NCBI GenBank assembly: GCA_045597185.1
Contig: JAZODV010000190.1
Coordinates: forward strand, 1-41,552
Reading direction: 5' to 3'
Length of the DNA: 41,552 nt
Source of the DNA: Eubacteriales bacterium
Lineage (GTDB): Bacteria > Bacillota > Clostridia > Oscillospirales > CAG-272
This document shows, piece by piece, positions 29,359 to 37,838 of the stretch. Position numbers and translations under genes: made by a program. Under the pieces are notes generated by a model. That model saw only the letters and a list, made by a program, of their open reading frames with translations, was not told the DNA's origin and searched no databases. Each line of letters opens with the position of its first letter. The stretch's first letter is position 1.

Positions 29359-29982
29359 GCGAGACGCCGTCTCGCGCTCTGCCTAAGAAACTTTTTGCAA
29401 AAAGTTTCTTAAGAATCTTCAAAAACTTTCAAACAAGGGGTATGTTTTAGGTTTTTGTTTATCTTTCAACGGTCACTCGGGCGTGACCGTTGAGGTTTAA
29501 TACAGCTCGTCACGCGGCAGGGCTGATGGCTTTTCTAAAAGTGAGGTTCGGTTGCGGCACCCTGCCTTCTCGCTATCGCAGTCGCTGTGCAAAAGCTCGC
29601 ATCACGCGGCATTCGCACGACGCGACACGAAAGAATAATGTAAATTTTAAAATTTTTGAACAGAAAATATTGCTATTATGTCGCGTCGTGAGTGTGTCCG
29701 TATGGCAACACACGAGCCGCGACTGCGGGAGCAACGAGGAGTGCGCGTCGGTTGAAGATGTTGCTTTAAGGTGAATGCGCGCACTACGTGATAAGCTCCC
29801 TACTATCCCTCACCTGCCGCGACCGAGCGGTTGGTGAAAGGCGAATAAACACCTTGGATAAACCATTTGTTTTTGAAAGTTTTTGAAGATTCCAAAGGAA
29901 CTTTTTCTAAAAAGTTCCTTTGGTGGGGCGTGGGGCAACGCCCCGCATAAAAACTCAACCCACCGTTAAATCCTAATTTATC
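29359..29982. repeat. Composite palindromic repeat, copy B (inverted relative to copy A)
   Basis: The plus strand of B aligns with the reverse complement of A. 29823-29925 versus 15453-15556 shows about 2 mismatches in about 103 nt. 29384-29495 versus 15889-16000 is about 90 percent identical. The centres are about 93 percent identical and one internal block is much more diverged. All figures are hand-alignment estimates. The left-end GC hairpin is replaced by gcgagacgccgtctcgc (29359-29375). Confidence 0.85.
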
Positions 29983-30002
29983 AGTGACATATCCATACAA
30001 TA

Positions 30003-30046
30003 AAAGTTCCTTTGGTGGGGCGTGGGGCAACGCCCACGCATAAAAA
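30003..30046. repeat. Solo duplicated hairpin module of repeat B
   Basis: aaagttcctttggtggggcgtggggcaacgcccacgcataaaaa duplicates 29911-29953 with a single 1-nt indel. Confidence 0.8.
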
Positions 30047-30050
30047 TAAC

Positions 30051-30087
30051 AAAAAGAGTTGCCGGAAATAACAGGCAACTCTTTTTT
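30051..30087 (-). terminator. Intrinsic (bidirectional-type) terminator after the efp operon
   Basis: Stem aaaaagagttgcc (30051-30063) / ggcaactcttttt (30074-30086). It has an A-run on one side and a T-run on the other, and lies 12 nt beyond the stop codon at 30099. Confidence 0.75.
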
Positions 30088-30098
30088 ACTTTAAATTA

Positions 30099-30515
30099 TT
30101 ATTCGTCGTCCTCAACGTCGCAAAGGATCTTTTCCTTGCAGTTGGGACAGACCATATCCTCTTCAGGATCGGTGAGGTCGTCAAAAACGATGGTCTCGCC
30201 GCAAGAGGGGCAGGTTACTTCAAATCCGTCGTCGCAGCAATCGTCGCAATCGCAGCAGTCATCACAGTCGCAACAATCGCAATCGTCACCGTCGATATCG
30301 TAGTAATCCTCTTCGAGAGCGCCAAGGTCCTCGTCAAGCTCTTCGATGTAATCGTTCAGATATTCAAGATCCTCGTCGGTCTCGCTCTGTGCCTTTGCTA
30401 TGTCGTTTACGATGTCGATGAGAGCGGCAATGAGCTTGCCCTCATTTGTGGATTTATCAAGATTCATTCCTTCAGCGAGACCTTTAAGGTACGCGGCTTT
30501 TTCGGTAAGAGTCAT
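30099..30515 (-). CDS. Acidic Cys/Asp-rich zinc-ribbon protein, co-transcribed with efp
   Basis: 138 aa with RBS aaggag 7 nt upstream of ATG 30515 and only 21 nt after the efp stop. It has a helical acidic N-terminal half. A run DDCDCCDCDDCCDCDDCCDD (within 30228-30293) follows, then CPSC...CPNC zinc-ribbon motifs. It possibly belongs to the family that NCBI labels CD1247 N-terminal domain-containing, which is a recollection only. Confidence 0.7.
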   Translation of the reverse strand: MTLTEKAAYLKGLAEGMNLDKSTNEGKLIAALIDIVNDIAKAQSETDEDLEYLNDYIEELDEDLGALEEDYYDIDGDDCDCCDCDDCCDCDDCCDDGFEVTCPSCGETIVFDDLTDPEEDMVCPNCKEKILCDVEDDE

Positions 30516-30536
30516 AATCTTTCTCCTTAATTTGAA

Positions 30537-31094
30537 TTAAGCACGTCCGAGGTACTCGCCTGTACGTGTGTCGATCTTGAGGATCTCGCCCTCGTTGATG
30601 AAGAGCGGAACCTTGATCTCAGCGCCTGTTTCAAGCGTTGCGGGCTTGAGTGTGTTCTGCGCGGTGTTTCCTGCAAAGCCGGGCTCTGTGCTTGTAACCT
30701 CAAGCTCAACGAATGTGGGAGGCTCAACGTCAAATACGTTGCCCTTATAGGAAATGATCTTGCACATCATTTCTTCCTTAACGAACTTAAAGTTGTCGGG
30801 AAGCTTATCGCTGTTGAGGGGAAGCATCTCGTACGTCTCCATATCCATGAAGTAATAGAGATCTCCGTCGTTGTAGGAATACTGCATTTCTTTTCTTTCG
30901 ATGTAAGCATTCTCATACTTATCTGTGGGGCTGAATGTCTTTTCAACAACAGCGCCGGAAATGACGTTTTTCAGCTTGGTACGAACGAAAGCCGCGCCCT
31001 TACCGGGCTTAACGTGCTGGAATTCGATTACCTGATAAACCGAACCGTCCATCTCAAAGGTGATGCCATTCTTAAAATCGCCTGCTACTACCAT
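30537..31094 (-). CDS. efp: Elongation factor P
   Basis: 185 aa with the conserved loop [17 protein letters not shown] and RBS ggagga upstream. Full-length EF-P pattern. Confidence 0.95.
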   Translation of the reverse strand: MVVAGDFKNGITFEMDGSVYQVIEFQHVKPGKGAAFVRTKLKNVISGAVVEKTFSPTDKYENAYIERKEMQYSYNDGDLYYFMDMETYEMLPLNSDKLPDNFKFVKEEMMCKIISYKGNVFDVEPPTFVELEVTSTEPGFAGNTAQNTLKPATLETGAEIKVPLFINEGEILKIDTRTGEYLGRA

Positions 31095-31197
31095 AATGTA
31101 AATCCTCCATGCCGCGTTTGCGGCTAAATTATTTTTTATTTCCGTCGTTTAACGACTTTTGGTGGCAATACGAGTACCAACCGAACATTTATACTAT

Positions 31198-31226
31198 ATT
31201 TTACACTATTTTTCGCATATTTGCAA
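31198..31226 (-). promoter_or_regulatory. SigA-type promoter for efp
   Basis: On the minus strand: TTGCAA (31226-31221), 17 nt spacer, TAAAAT (31203-31198). It lies about 100 nt upstream of the efp ATG. Confidence 0.5.
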
Positions 31227-31297
31227 TAGGTTTGCACCATTTTTTTAAAAAATAATGAAAAAGTTTGAGTTTGCGTAGGATTAAAACCTAAAAACGG

Positions 31298-31326
31298 TTG
31301 ACAAAACGGTGAAAAGAGTCTATAAT
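31298..31326 (+). promoter_or_regulatory. Consensus SigA promoter for the yicC-remA-gmk-rpoZ... unit
   Basis: Perfect TTGACA (31298-31303), 17 nt spacer, TATAAT (31321-31326). RBS aaaggggag precedes ATG 31360. Confidence 0.75.
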
Positions 31327-31359
31327 TAATATGATATACTGTATAAAGGGGAGTGTTCA

Positions 31360-32247
31360 ATGTTAAAGAGCATGACCGCTTTCGGACGTGCAAGCGGCAC
31401 GTTTGAGGGCAGAGAAATAACCGTTGAGATAAGGTCTGTTAACAACAGATACTTTGACCTTTCCGCGAGAATGCCAAGAAGTCTTGGATGCACTGAGGAT
31501 AAGGTAAAGCCGTTCCTTTCCGTAAAGGGAATTTCAAGAGGAAAGGTAGACGTAAACGTATCGGTCGAAAAGCAGGGAGAGGATGCTGTCGCGCTTGAGC
31601 TTGACGAGGATTACGCAAAGGCATATATTGCGGCGCTTTATGAGCTTCGAGATAAGTTTGAGCTTAAAGACGATATAAGCGTTATGAGGATCGCTTCGGA
31701 CAGAAATATATTTACCGTTAAGAAAGCCGAAGCCGACGAGGAGCGCGACTGGGCAGAGGTCAGCTCGGTTCTGTCGGATGCCGCCGATGCATTTATTGCG
31801 GCGAGAGCCGCCGAGGGACAGAGAATAGAAAATGACCTTCGTGATAAAATGGAGAATATCGCAAGGCTTACCTGCGATATTGAAAAGCTTTCGGAAAATG
31901 ACGTAGGAAACGCACGCGCGAGAATAGAAGAGAGACTTCGGCGCCTGCTTGGTGACGTCGGTGTTAAGGCTGACGAGTCGAAGATACTGACAGAATGTGC
32001 CGCGTATGCCGATCGTATCGCCATTGACGAGGAGCTTGTAAGGCTTCGTTCGCATTTCAAAGCATTTGAGGATATAATAAACTCAAACGAGCCCGCGGGT
32101 CGTAAGCTTGATTTTCTTATGCAGGAGATGAACCGCGAGATAAACACGATAGGCTCGAAATGCCAGAACGCACCTGCGGCACAGACTGTCGTTGCCGTGA
32201 AGTGCGAGCTTGAAAAAATAAGAGAGCAGATACAGAACATAGAATAA
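31360..32247 (+). CDS. yicC: YicC/YloC-family protein (DUF1732; endoribonuclease family)
   Basis: 295 aa with N-terminus [11 protein letters not shown]...[12 protein letters not shown] and C-terminal [12 protein letters not shown], both typical of the family. Confidence 0.85.
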   Translation: MLKSMTAFGRASGTFEGREITVEIRSVNNRYFDLSARMPRSLGCTEDKVKPFLSVKGISRGKVDVNVSVEKQGEDAVALELDEDYAKAYIAALYELRDKFELKDDISVMRIASDRNIFTVKKAEADEERDWAEVSSVLSDAADAFIAARAAEGQRIENDLRDKMENIARLTCDIEKLSENDVGNARARIEERLRRLLGDVGVKADESKILTECAAYADRIAIDEELVRLRSHFKAFEDIINSNEPAGRKLDFLMQEMNREINTIGSKCQNAPAAQTVVAVKCELEKIREQIQNIE

Positions 32248-32258
32248 GCAGGTCGGAA

Positions 32259-32528
32259 ATGAAGTTTATAAATATAGGATTTGGAAATATGGTCGCCGCT
32301 GAAAGAGTTGTAGCGCTTGTAAGCCCCGATTCCGCGCCGATAAAACGTCTTATACAGGATGCAAAGGATGCGTCGCGTACTGTTGACGTTTCGTGCGGAC
32401 GAAAGACGAGGTCGGTCATTATAACCGATTCGGAGCTTGTTATACTTTCAGCGCTCCAGACCGAGACGATATCAAAGCGTCTTTCGGGCAGTGATGACGA
32501 ATACGACGGGGAGGAGGACGAGGCATGA
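32259..32528 (+). CDS. remA: RemA/YlzA-family (DUF370) regulator
   Basis: 89 aa with [33 protein letters not shown], typical of the family. It carries an acidic C-terminal tail. Confidence 0.85.
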   Translation: MKFINIGFGNMVAAERVVALVSPDSAPIKRLIQDAKDASRTVDVSCGRKTRSVIITDSELVILSALQTETISKRLSGSDDEYDGEEDEA

Positions 32529-33130
32529 AAGAGGGCGTAATTCTTGTAGTATCGGGTCCTGCGGGAAGCGGAAAGGGAACAGTGTGCAAAATTTTGCGAG
32601 ACAGCGGAGAATTTGAATTTTCCGTGTCGAGAACAACGAGAGCGCCAAGACCCGGTGAGGTCGACGGTTCGGATTACATATTCGTGACCAAGGAACAATT
32701 CAAAAAATATCTTGACGAGGATGATTTCCTTGAATACAACGAATATTGCGGGGAGTTTTACGGAACACCGAGAAGTCTTGCGGAGGAAGCTGTTGCAGCC
32801 GGAAGGAATATAATTCTTGAGATCGACGTAAACGGCGCGGCACAGGTAAAGGAAAAGTGTCCCGAAGCGGTGCTTGTAATGCTTTTGCCGCCGTCGTACG
32901 CCGAGCAGGAAAGAAGGCTCAGAACGCGGGGCACCGAGACCGAGGAAAAGATAAAGTCGAGGCTCGCGCAGACAAAGGTCGAGATGGAAAAGCTCGATAT
33001 GTACGATTATATAGTTTACAACTATACGGGTGAGACCGAGAGCGCGGCAAATAGGCTTCGCGCGATAGCGGAAGCCGAGAGATGCTCGGTCAGAAGAATA
33101 CCCGATGCAAAGATGAAATATTTTGAGTGA
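32525..33130 (+). CDS. gmk: Guanylate kinase
   Basis: 201 aa with P-loop [10 protein letters not shown] and motifs SRTTR.PR.GE..G.DY.F. ATGA overlap with remA. Confidence 0.95.
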   Translation: MKEGVILVVSGPAGSGKGTVCKILRDSGEFEFSVSRTTRAPRPGEVDGSDYIFVTKEQFKKYLDEDDFLEYNEYCGEFYGTPRSLAEEAVAAGRNIILEIDVNGAAQVKEKCPEAVLVMLLPPSYAEQERRLRTRGTETEEKIKSRLAQTKVEMEKLDMYDYIVYNYTGETESAANRLRAIAEAERCSVRRIPDAKMKYFE

Positions 33131-33154
33131 TATAAACAGAGGAGGATCCCGATT

Positions 33155-33427
33155 ATGATGATCAAACCCACCATCCAAGAGCTTACAAAGGGTGAATACA
33201 ACCGTTACGAGCTTGCACTTGCAACCGCGAAGGGCGCAAGAATGATAACAGAAGAATACGTACGTCAGCGCACCGAGGCAGAGCGTGCCGCGGGAACGAA
33301 GGACAGCGATAAGTCTATCTCCGCAATGATAGACAAGGATCTTAAGGACGAAAAGGCGGTACGACTTGCGATAGACCGTATCAATGCGGGCGGCTTTGTA
33401 ATAGTCGAGGAAGCAGAAGAAGAGTAA
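33155..33427 (+). CDS. rpoZ: DNA-directed RNA polymerase subunit omega
   Basis: 90 aa with NRYELALATAKGAR, typical of omega. Conserved gmk-rpoZ order and RBS ggagga. Confidence 0.85.
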   Translation: MMIKPTIQELTKGEYNRYELALATAKGARMITEEYVRQRTEAERAAGTKDSDKSISAMIDKDLKDEKAVRLAIDRINAGGFVIVEEAEEE

Positions 33428-33434
33428 GAATTTT

Positions 33435-35957
33435 ATGACAGACTCTTCAATAAAGAGGAACGGACGGGATGTAGGAGGATATGCGAAGGTATATTTGCTC
33501 GACATCCCGTATTCGGCTGACAAAATGTATGATTATTATATACCCCCCGAGCTACGCAATTCAGCGGTACCGGGGGCGTTTGCCGTTGTTCCGTTTGGCG
33601 GTGGAAACCGTAAAAGAGTTTGTGTTATTGCAGAAATACACGACAGAGCCGAGGCAGAACGCATAAAGCCACTCTTGTCGGTGTCAAGCGATACTCTTCC
33701 TTTAACTAAGGAACAGCTGTCGCTTTGCCGTTACGTCGCGTCAATGACACTTTGCACTGTCGGTGACGCGATACGCGCGGCTGTACCGTCGGGAAGCGCA
33801 AAGACGGTAAAAATATACAGAACGACCGACACACCGTTGCCATCCGACGGCGGTGAACTTTCTCACGGCGCGATAATCGCGTATGAATACATAAAAGCAA
33901 AGGGCGAGCCGCGAGAGGAAGCGATTGCGGCGAAATTCGGTTCAAATACAGAGTTATATTTAAAGGATCTTGTTGCAAACGGATATATTGAAGCCGACGC
34001 AGAGGTCGTTGATACCCAATTAAAATATGAAAAATACTATTCACTTGATCTAAATGAAGAGGAAGCCAAGAAGCTGCTCGGTGGTGACAGAGTCCGTGAA
34101 ATGAAGCGAAGGCTGACGCTTCCGTCTCAGATAGGCGTTATATACAGACTTATGAACGGATCTGTATCCGAAAGAGAGTTGCTTGACGAGGTTTCGGGAC
34201 TTACTCAAAGTCAGCTTGCTACGATGGTTCAGAATAGACTTCTGACAGTCGAACGCCGTGAGGCCTTCCGAGACCCAACAGCCGAAAAATGCGGAGAAGC
34301 AAAGCCGCTAACGCCTAACGAAGAACAGACCGCGGTGCTGGAAACACTTACAGGACTTGCCCTTGACGGAAGACCTCACGGTGCGCTTCTGTACGGTGTC
34401 ACGGGAAGCGGAAAAACGACGGTCATTCTCGGAATGATAGATCGAATGATAGAATATAAAAAGGGAGCTATCGTGCTGCTTCCCGAGATCGCGCTGACGC
34501 CGCAGATGCTCTCAGTATTCTGTTCGCGTTACGGAAGCCGTGTCGCCGTAATGCATTCGGGACTTTCGGCGGGTGAGAGATACGATGCGTATATAAGAGT
34601 AAAGCGCGGACTTGCCGATATCGTTGTCGGTACTCGATCGGCAGTGTTTGCTCCCGTCAAAAACCTTGGAATGATAGTCATAGACGAGGAGCAGGAGCAT
34701 ACCTATAAATCGGATATGACACCGAAATATCACGCGAGAGACATAGCCAGAAAGAGATGCGCAGACAGCTCGGCACTTATGCTTCTCTCATCTGCAACAC
34801 CGTCTGTCGAAAGCTTTAAAAAGGCAAAGGACGGCGTATATACACTTGTAAAATTGACAAAACGCTACGGCGAGGCACGACTTCCCGAGGTCACGGTGTC
34901 AGATATGCGAATCGACGCGCAAAACGGAATAGCGTCACCGATCGGAAACGAGCTTGCGTCGGCATTGCTTGAAACATATAAAAACGGTGAGCAGTCGATA
35001 CTTTTCCTCAATCGAAGAGGATATAATTCGTCGGTAAACTGCGTGCACTGCGGAGAGGTCATAAAATGTCCGTCCTGCTCAGTCGCAATGACGTACCACA
35101 CAAAACGCGGAACGTACGATGAGGGAGAGCTCGTGTGCCATTGGTGCGGAAGAAAAATGCCGATGCCGAGATCATGTCCGACCTGCTCAAAAGAGCCGCT
35201 TAACCGTTGCGGATACGGAACTCAGAGGGTCGAGCAGGAGCTGTCGGCTCTGATCCCCGATGCAAAGCTGCTACGAATGGACGCCGACACCACGTCAAAA
35301 AAGCTCGCGTACGACAAATTACTGACCGAATTCAGAGAAAGCGGAGACCTGCTTCTCGGAACACAGATGGTCACAAAGGGGCACGATTTTCCGAGAGTCA
35401 CGCTTGTCGGTGTACTCCTTGCCGATATGTCGCTCTATCTTGACGACTACAGAGCCAATGAACGCACTTTTGCGCTGTTGACGCAGGTCATAGGTAGAGC
35501 AGGTCGTTCCGACAGGTCAGGACGTGCCATTATACAGACAAACAATCCTGACAATGACATAATAAAGCTCGCTTGCGCTCAGGATTACGACACCTTTTTT
35601 GAAAACGAGATAAAGCTGAGAAGGCTATTGACGTTTCCGCCATTCTGCGATATCGTGCTTCTGACTGTGTCACACTCCGACGAGCGAGAGCTTGCGATAG
35701 CGACTGAATTTCTCGGACGCATTTATGTAAGAGCGCTTGAGGGAGATTATAAGGACGTTCCTCAGGTGACGTTCGGGCCGTTTGAGGCTCCCATATATAA
35801 GGTGGATGACAGATACCGAATGAGATTTGTTATAAAATGCAGACTCAATAACAGAAGCCGTGAGCTTTTCTCCGAACTCATGCGAGCGTTCTCGGCAAAC
35901 TACGGAAGTCACAAAAAGCTACAGTTATCAATAGATTTCAATCCCTCAAATTTATAA
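33435..35957 (+). CDS. priA: Primosomal protein N' (replication restart helicase PriA)
   Basis: 840 aa with Walker A GVTGSGKT, DEEQE box, and Cys-rich zinc-binding insert (CVHCGEVIKCPSCSV...CHWCG...CPTCS). Confidence 0.93.
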   Translation: MTDSSIKRNGRDVGGYAKVYLLDIPYSADKMYDYYIPPELRNSAVPGAFAVVPFGGGNRKRVCVIAEIHDRAEAERIKPLLSVSSDTLPLTKEQLSLCRYVASMTLCTVGDAIRAAVPSGSAKTVKIYRTTDTPLPSDGGELSHGAIIAYEYIKAKGEPREEAIAAKFGSNTELYLKDLVANGYIEADAEVVDTQLKYEKYYSLDLNEEEAKKLLGGDRVREMKRRLTLPSQIGVIYRLMNGSVSERELLDEVSGLTQSQLATMVQNRLLTVERREAFRDPTAEKCGEAKPLTPNEEQTAVLETLTGLALDGRPHGALLYGVTGSGKTTVILGMIDRMIEYKKGAIVLLPEIALTPQMLSVFCSRYGSRVAVMHSGLSAGERYDAYIRVKRGLADIVVGTRSAVFAPVKNLGMIVIDEEQEHTYKSDMTPKYHARDIARKRCADSSALMLLSSATPSVESFKKAKDGVYTLVKLTKRYGEARLPEVTVSDMRIDAQNGIASPIGNELASALLETYKNGEQSILFLNRRGYNSSVNCVHCGEVIKCPSCSVAMTYHTKRGTYDEGELVCHWCGRKMPMPRSCPTCSKEPLNRCGYGTQRVEQELSALIPDAKLLRMDADTTSKKLAYDKLLTEFRESGDLLLGTQMVTKGHDFPRVTLVGVLLADMSLYLDDYRANERTFALLTQVIGRAGRSDRSGRAIIQTNNPDNDIIKLACAQDYDTFFENEIKLRRLLTFPPFCDIVLLTVSHSDERELAIATEFLGRIYVRALEGDYKDVPQVTFGPFEAPIYKVDDRYRMRFVIKCRLNNRSRELFSELMRAFSANYGSHKKLQLSIDFNPSNL

Positions 35958-35973
35958 TGTATAGGAACAAAAA

Positions 35974-37074
35974 ATGACCGAAAACAGTACTAAAAAAACA
36001 GACCTTCTTTCGCTGACCCCCGAAGAGCTTGAAGAGCTTGTCCTGTCGGTAGGAGAGCCTAAATACAGAGCGTCGCAGATATTTACTCAACTTCATAGAG
36101 GCGTGTTGCTCGAAGAAATGACCAATATAGGAAAAGCAACGCGTGAAAAACTATTGTCTGTAGCGGTATGCCATATACCGACTGTCAGACAAAGACTTGT
36201 ATCGAATGTTGACGGCACTGTCAAGTATCTTTTTGAGCTTGGCGACGGAAACTGCGTGGAGAGTGTTGTAATGGAATATCTGCACGGACTTACAATATGC
36301 ATATCCTCGCAGGTGGGTTGCCGTATGGGATGTAAATTCTGCGCATCGACCATTGGCGGACGTGTGCGAAATCTGACCGCAGGTGAGCTTCTCGGACAGG
36401 TCATATCGGCACAGCGCGATATGGGCAAGAGAATATCAAATATCGTTATGATGGGTATCGGAGAACCTCTTGATAATTACGACAACGTAATGAAATTTTT
36501 AAAGCTGGTCAATGACGAGAGAGGTATATGTATAGGCTACCGTCATATCTCGCTTTCGACCTGTGGGCTCGTTGATAAGATAGACAGCCTTGCGACAGAA
36601 AATATACCGATAACACTTTCGATATCGCTCCACGCCGCAGATGATATAACGCGCTCGGAGATAATGCCTGTGAATAAAAAGTACGGCGTTGACGCGCTGC
36701 TTGCCGCCTGCCGACGCTACTACGACAGAACGGGACGAAGAATATCGTTTGAGTATACGCTTATCGCGGGAAAGAATGACTCAAGAGAAAAAGCCGAACA
36801 GCTGGCGGCAGTTCTCAATAAATCTCTCCGTCCGTCAAAGAAGGACAGCTTTCCGATACACGTCAATCTCATTCCCGTAAACACGGTAGAGGAAAGCGGA
36901 TTCAAGCAGCCCGCGAAGGGCGGTATTGAGGCGTTTGCTTCGGTGCTTGAAGCAAGAGGAATAAGAGCCACGGTACGCCGTCGCCTCGGTCCAGATATAA
37001 ATGCGTCCTGCGGACAGCTCCGCCGCGCCGACGCAAAGAAAACAGAAAAAGCAAAGGTCACAGAAGAAAAATGA
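35974..37074 (+). CDS. rlmN: 23S rRNA/tRNA (adenine-C2)-methyltransferase RlmN (radical SAM)
   Basis: 366 aa with radical SAM CxxxCxxC (CRMGCKFCAS), the KYRASQIF motif, and a conserved C-terminal Cys (SCGQL). Confidence 0.92.
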   Translation: MTENSTKKTDLLSLTPEELEELVLSVGEPKYRASQIFTQLHRGVLLEEMTNIGKATREKLLSVAVCHIPTVRQRLVSNVDGTVKYLFELGDGNCVESVVMEYLHGLTICISSQVGCRMGCKFCASTIGGRVRNLTAGELLGQVISAQRDMGKRISNIVMMGIGEPLDNYDNVMKFLKLVNDERGICIGYRHISLSTCGLVDKIDSLATENIPITLSISLHAADDITRSEIMPVNKKYGVDALLAACRRYYDRTGRRISFEYTLIAGKNDSREKAEQLAAVLNKSLRPSKKDSFPIHVNLIPVNTVEESGFKQPAKGGIEAFASVLEARGIRATVRRRLGPDINASCGQLRRADAKKTEKAKVTEEK

Positions 37075-37838
37075 ATTATTACGGTATGACCGACAAGGGT
37101 CGGAAACGCGAAAACAATGAAGATACTTTTATTTGCGCAAGACTTGCAAAAAACGCCGCGGTATTCGTCGTATGCGACGGTATGGGAGGCGAAGCGGGCG
37201 GCGCAGAGGCATCCGAGCTTGCTATAAAAAGCTTTATAAATGAAATAAAGGCACAGATCGGAGAGGATATCGTTGCCGAACGACTCGTTCTTGATGACCC
37301 CGAAGCCGACGTACCCACGATACTCGATAACGCGCTTGCCGAGGCGAATTTCAGGGTGTGGCAGGAAAGTCAGGACGTCGCCGAGCTTCACGGAATGGGT
37401 ACGACGCTTGTCGGAGCGTTCGTTATGACAGATCCGCTTGCAGTTTGGACGGTAAATCTCGGCGACAGCCGTCTCTATCTTGTAAATGAAACTAAAATAT
37501 CGCAGGTAACAAAGGACCATTCGTACGTACAGTATCTTGTAGATACAGGCGCTATAAGCGCAGCCGAAGCTGAAAAGCGTACCGACAAGAACATAATAAC
37601 GAAGGCGGTCGGTATATCGGTGAGAGCGATGCCGGATATAGCTCCTCTTGGAGCCGAGAGCGGTGAATGCCTGCTTCTCTCGTCGGACGGACTCACCGAT
37701 ATGCTGTCAAACGATGAAATATACGGTGTAGCCGCACTTTCTGGCGTTTCACTTGAGGAACGTGTGGGTAAGCTCGTTTCTCTTGCAAACAATGCGGGCG
37801 GCGACGACAATATCACGGTCATAATGGTGGAATTGTGA
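37071..37838 (+). CDS. prpC: PP2C-family Ser/Thr protein phosphatase (Stp/PrpC)
   Basis: 255 aa with motifs TDKGRKRENNEDTF, VCDGMGG and DDNITVIMV. ATGA overlap with rlmN. Confidence 0.9.
   Translation: MNYYGMTDKGRKRENNEDTFICARLAKNAAVFVVCDGMGGEAGGAEASELAIKSFINEIKAQIGEDIVAERLVLDDPEADVPTILDNALAEANFRVWQESQDVAELHGMGTTLVGAFVMTDPLAVWTVNLGDSRLYLVNETKISQVTKDHSYVQYLVDTGAISAAEAEKRTDKNIITKAVGISVRAMPDIAPLGAESGECLLLSSDGLTDMLSNDEIYGVAALSGVSLEERVGKLVSLANNAGGDDNITVIMVEL

Noticed and set aside
32117-33523. 468-aa ORF antisense to yicC-remA-gmk-rpoZ
   Set aside because: It spans four real genes on the opposite strand, has an aberrant composition rich in Cys, Arg, Phe and Leu, and has no start context.
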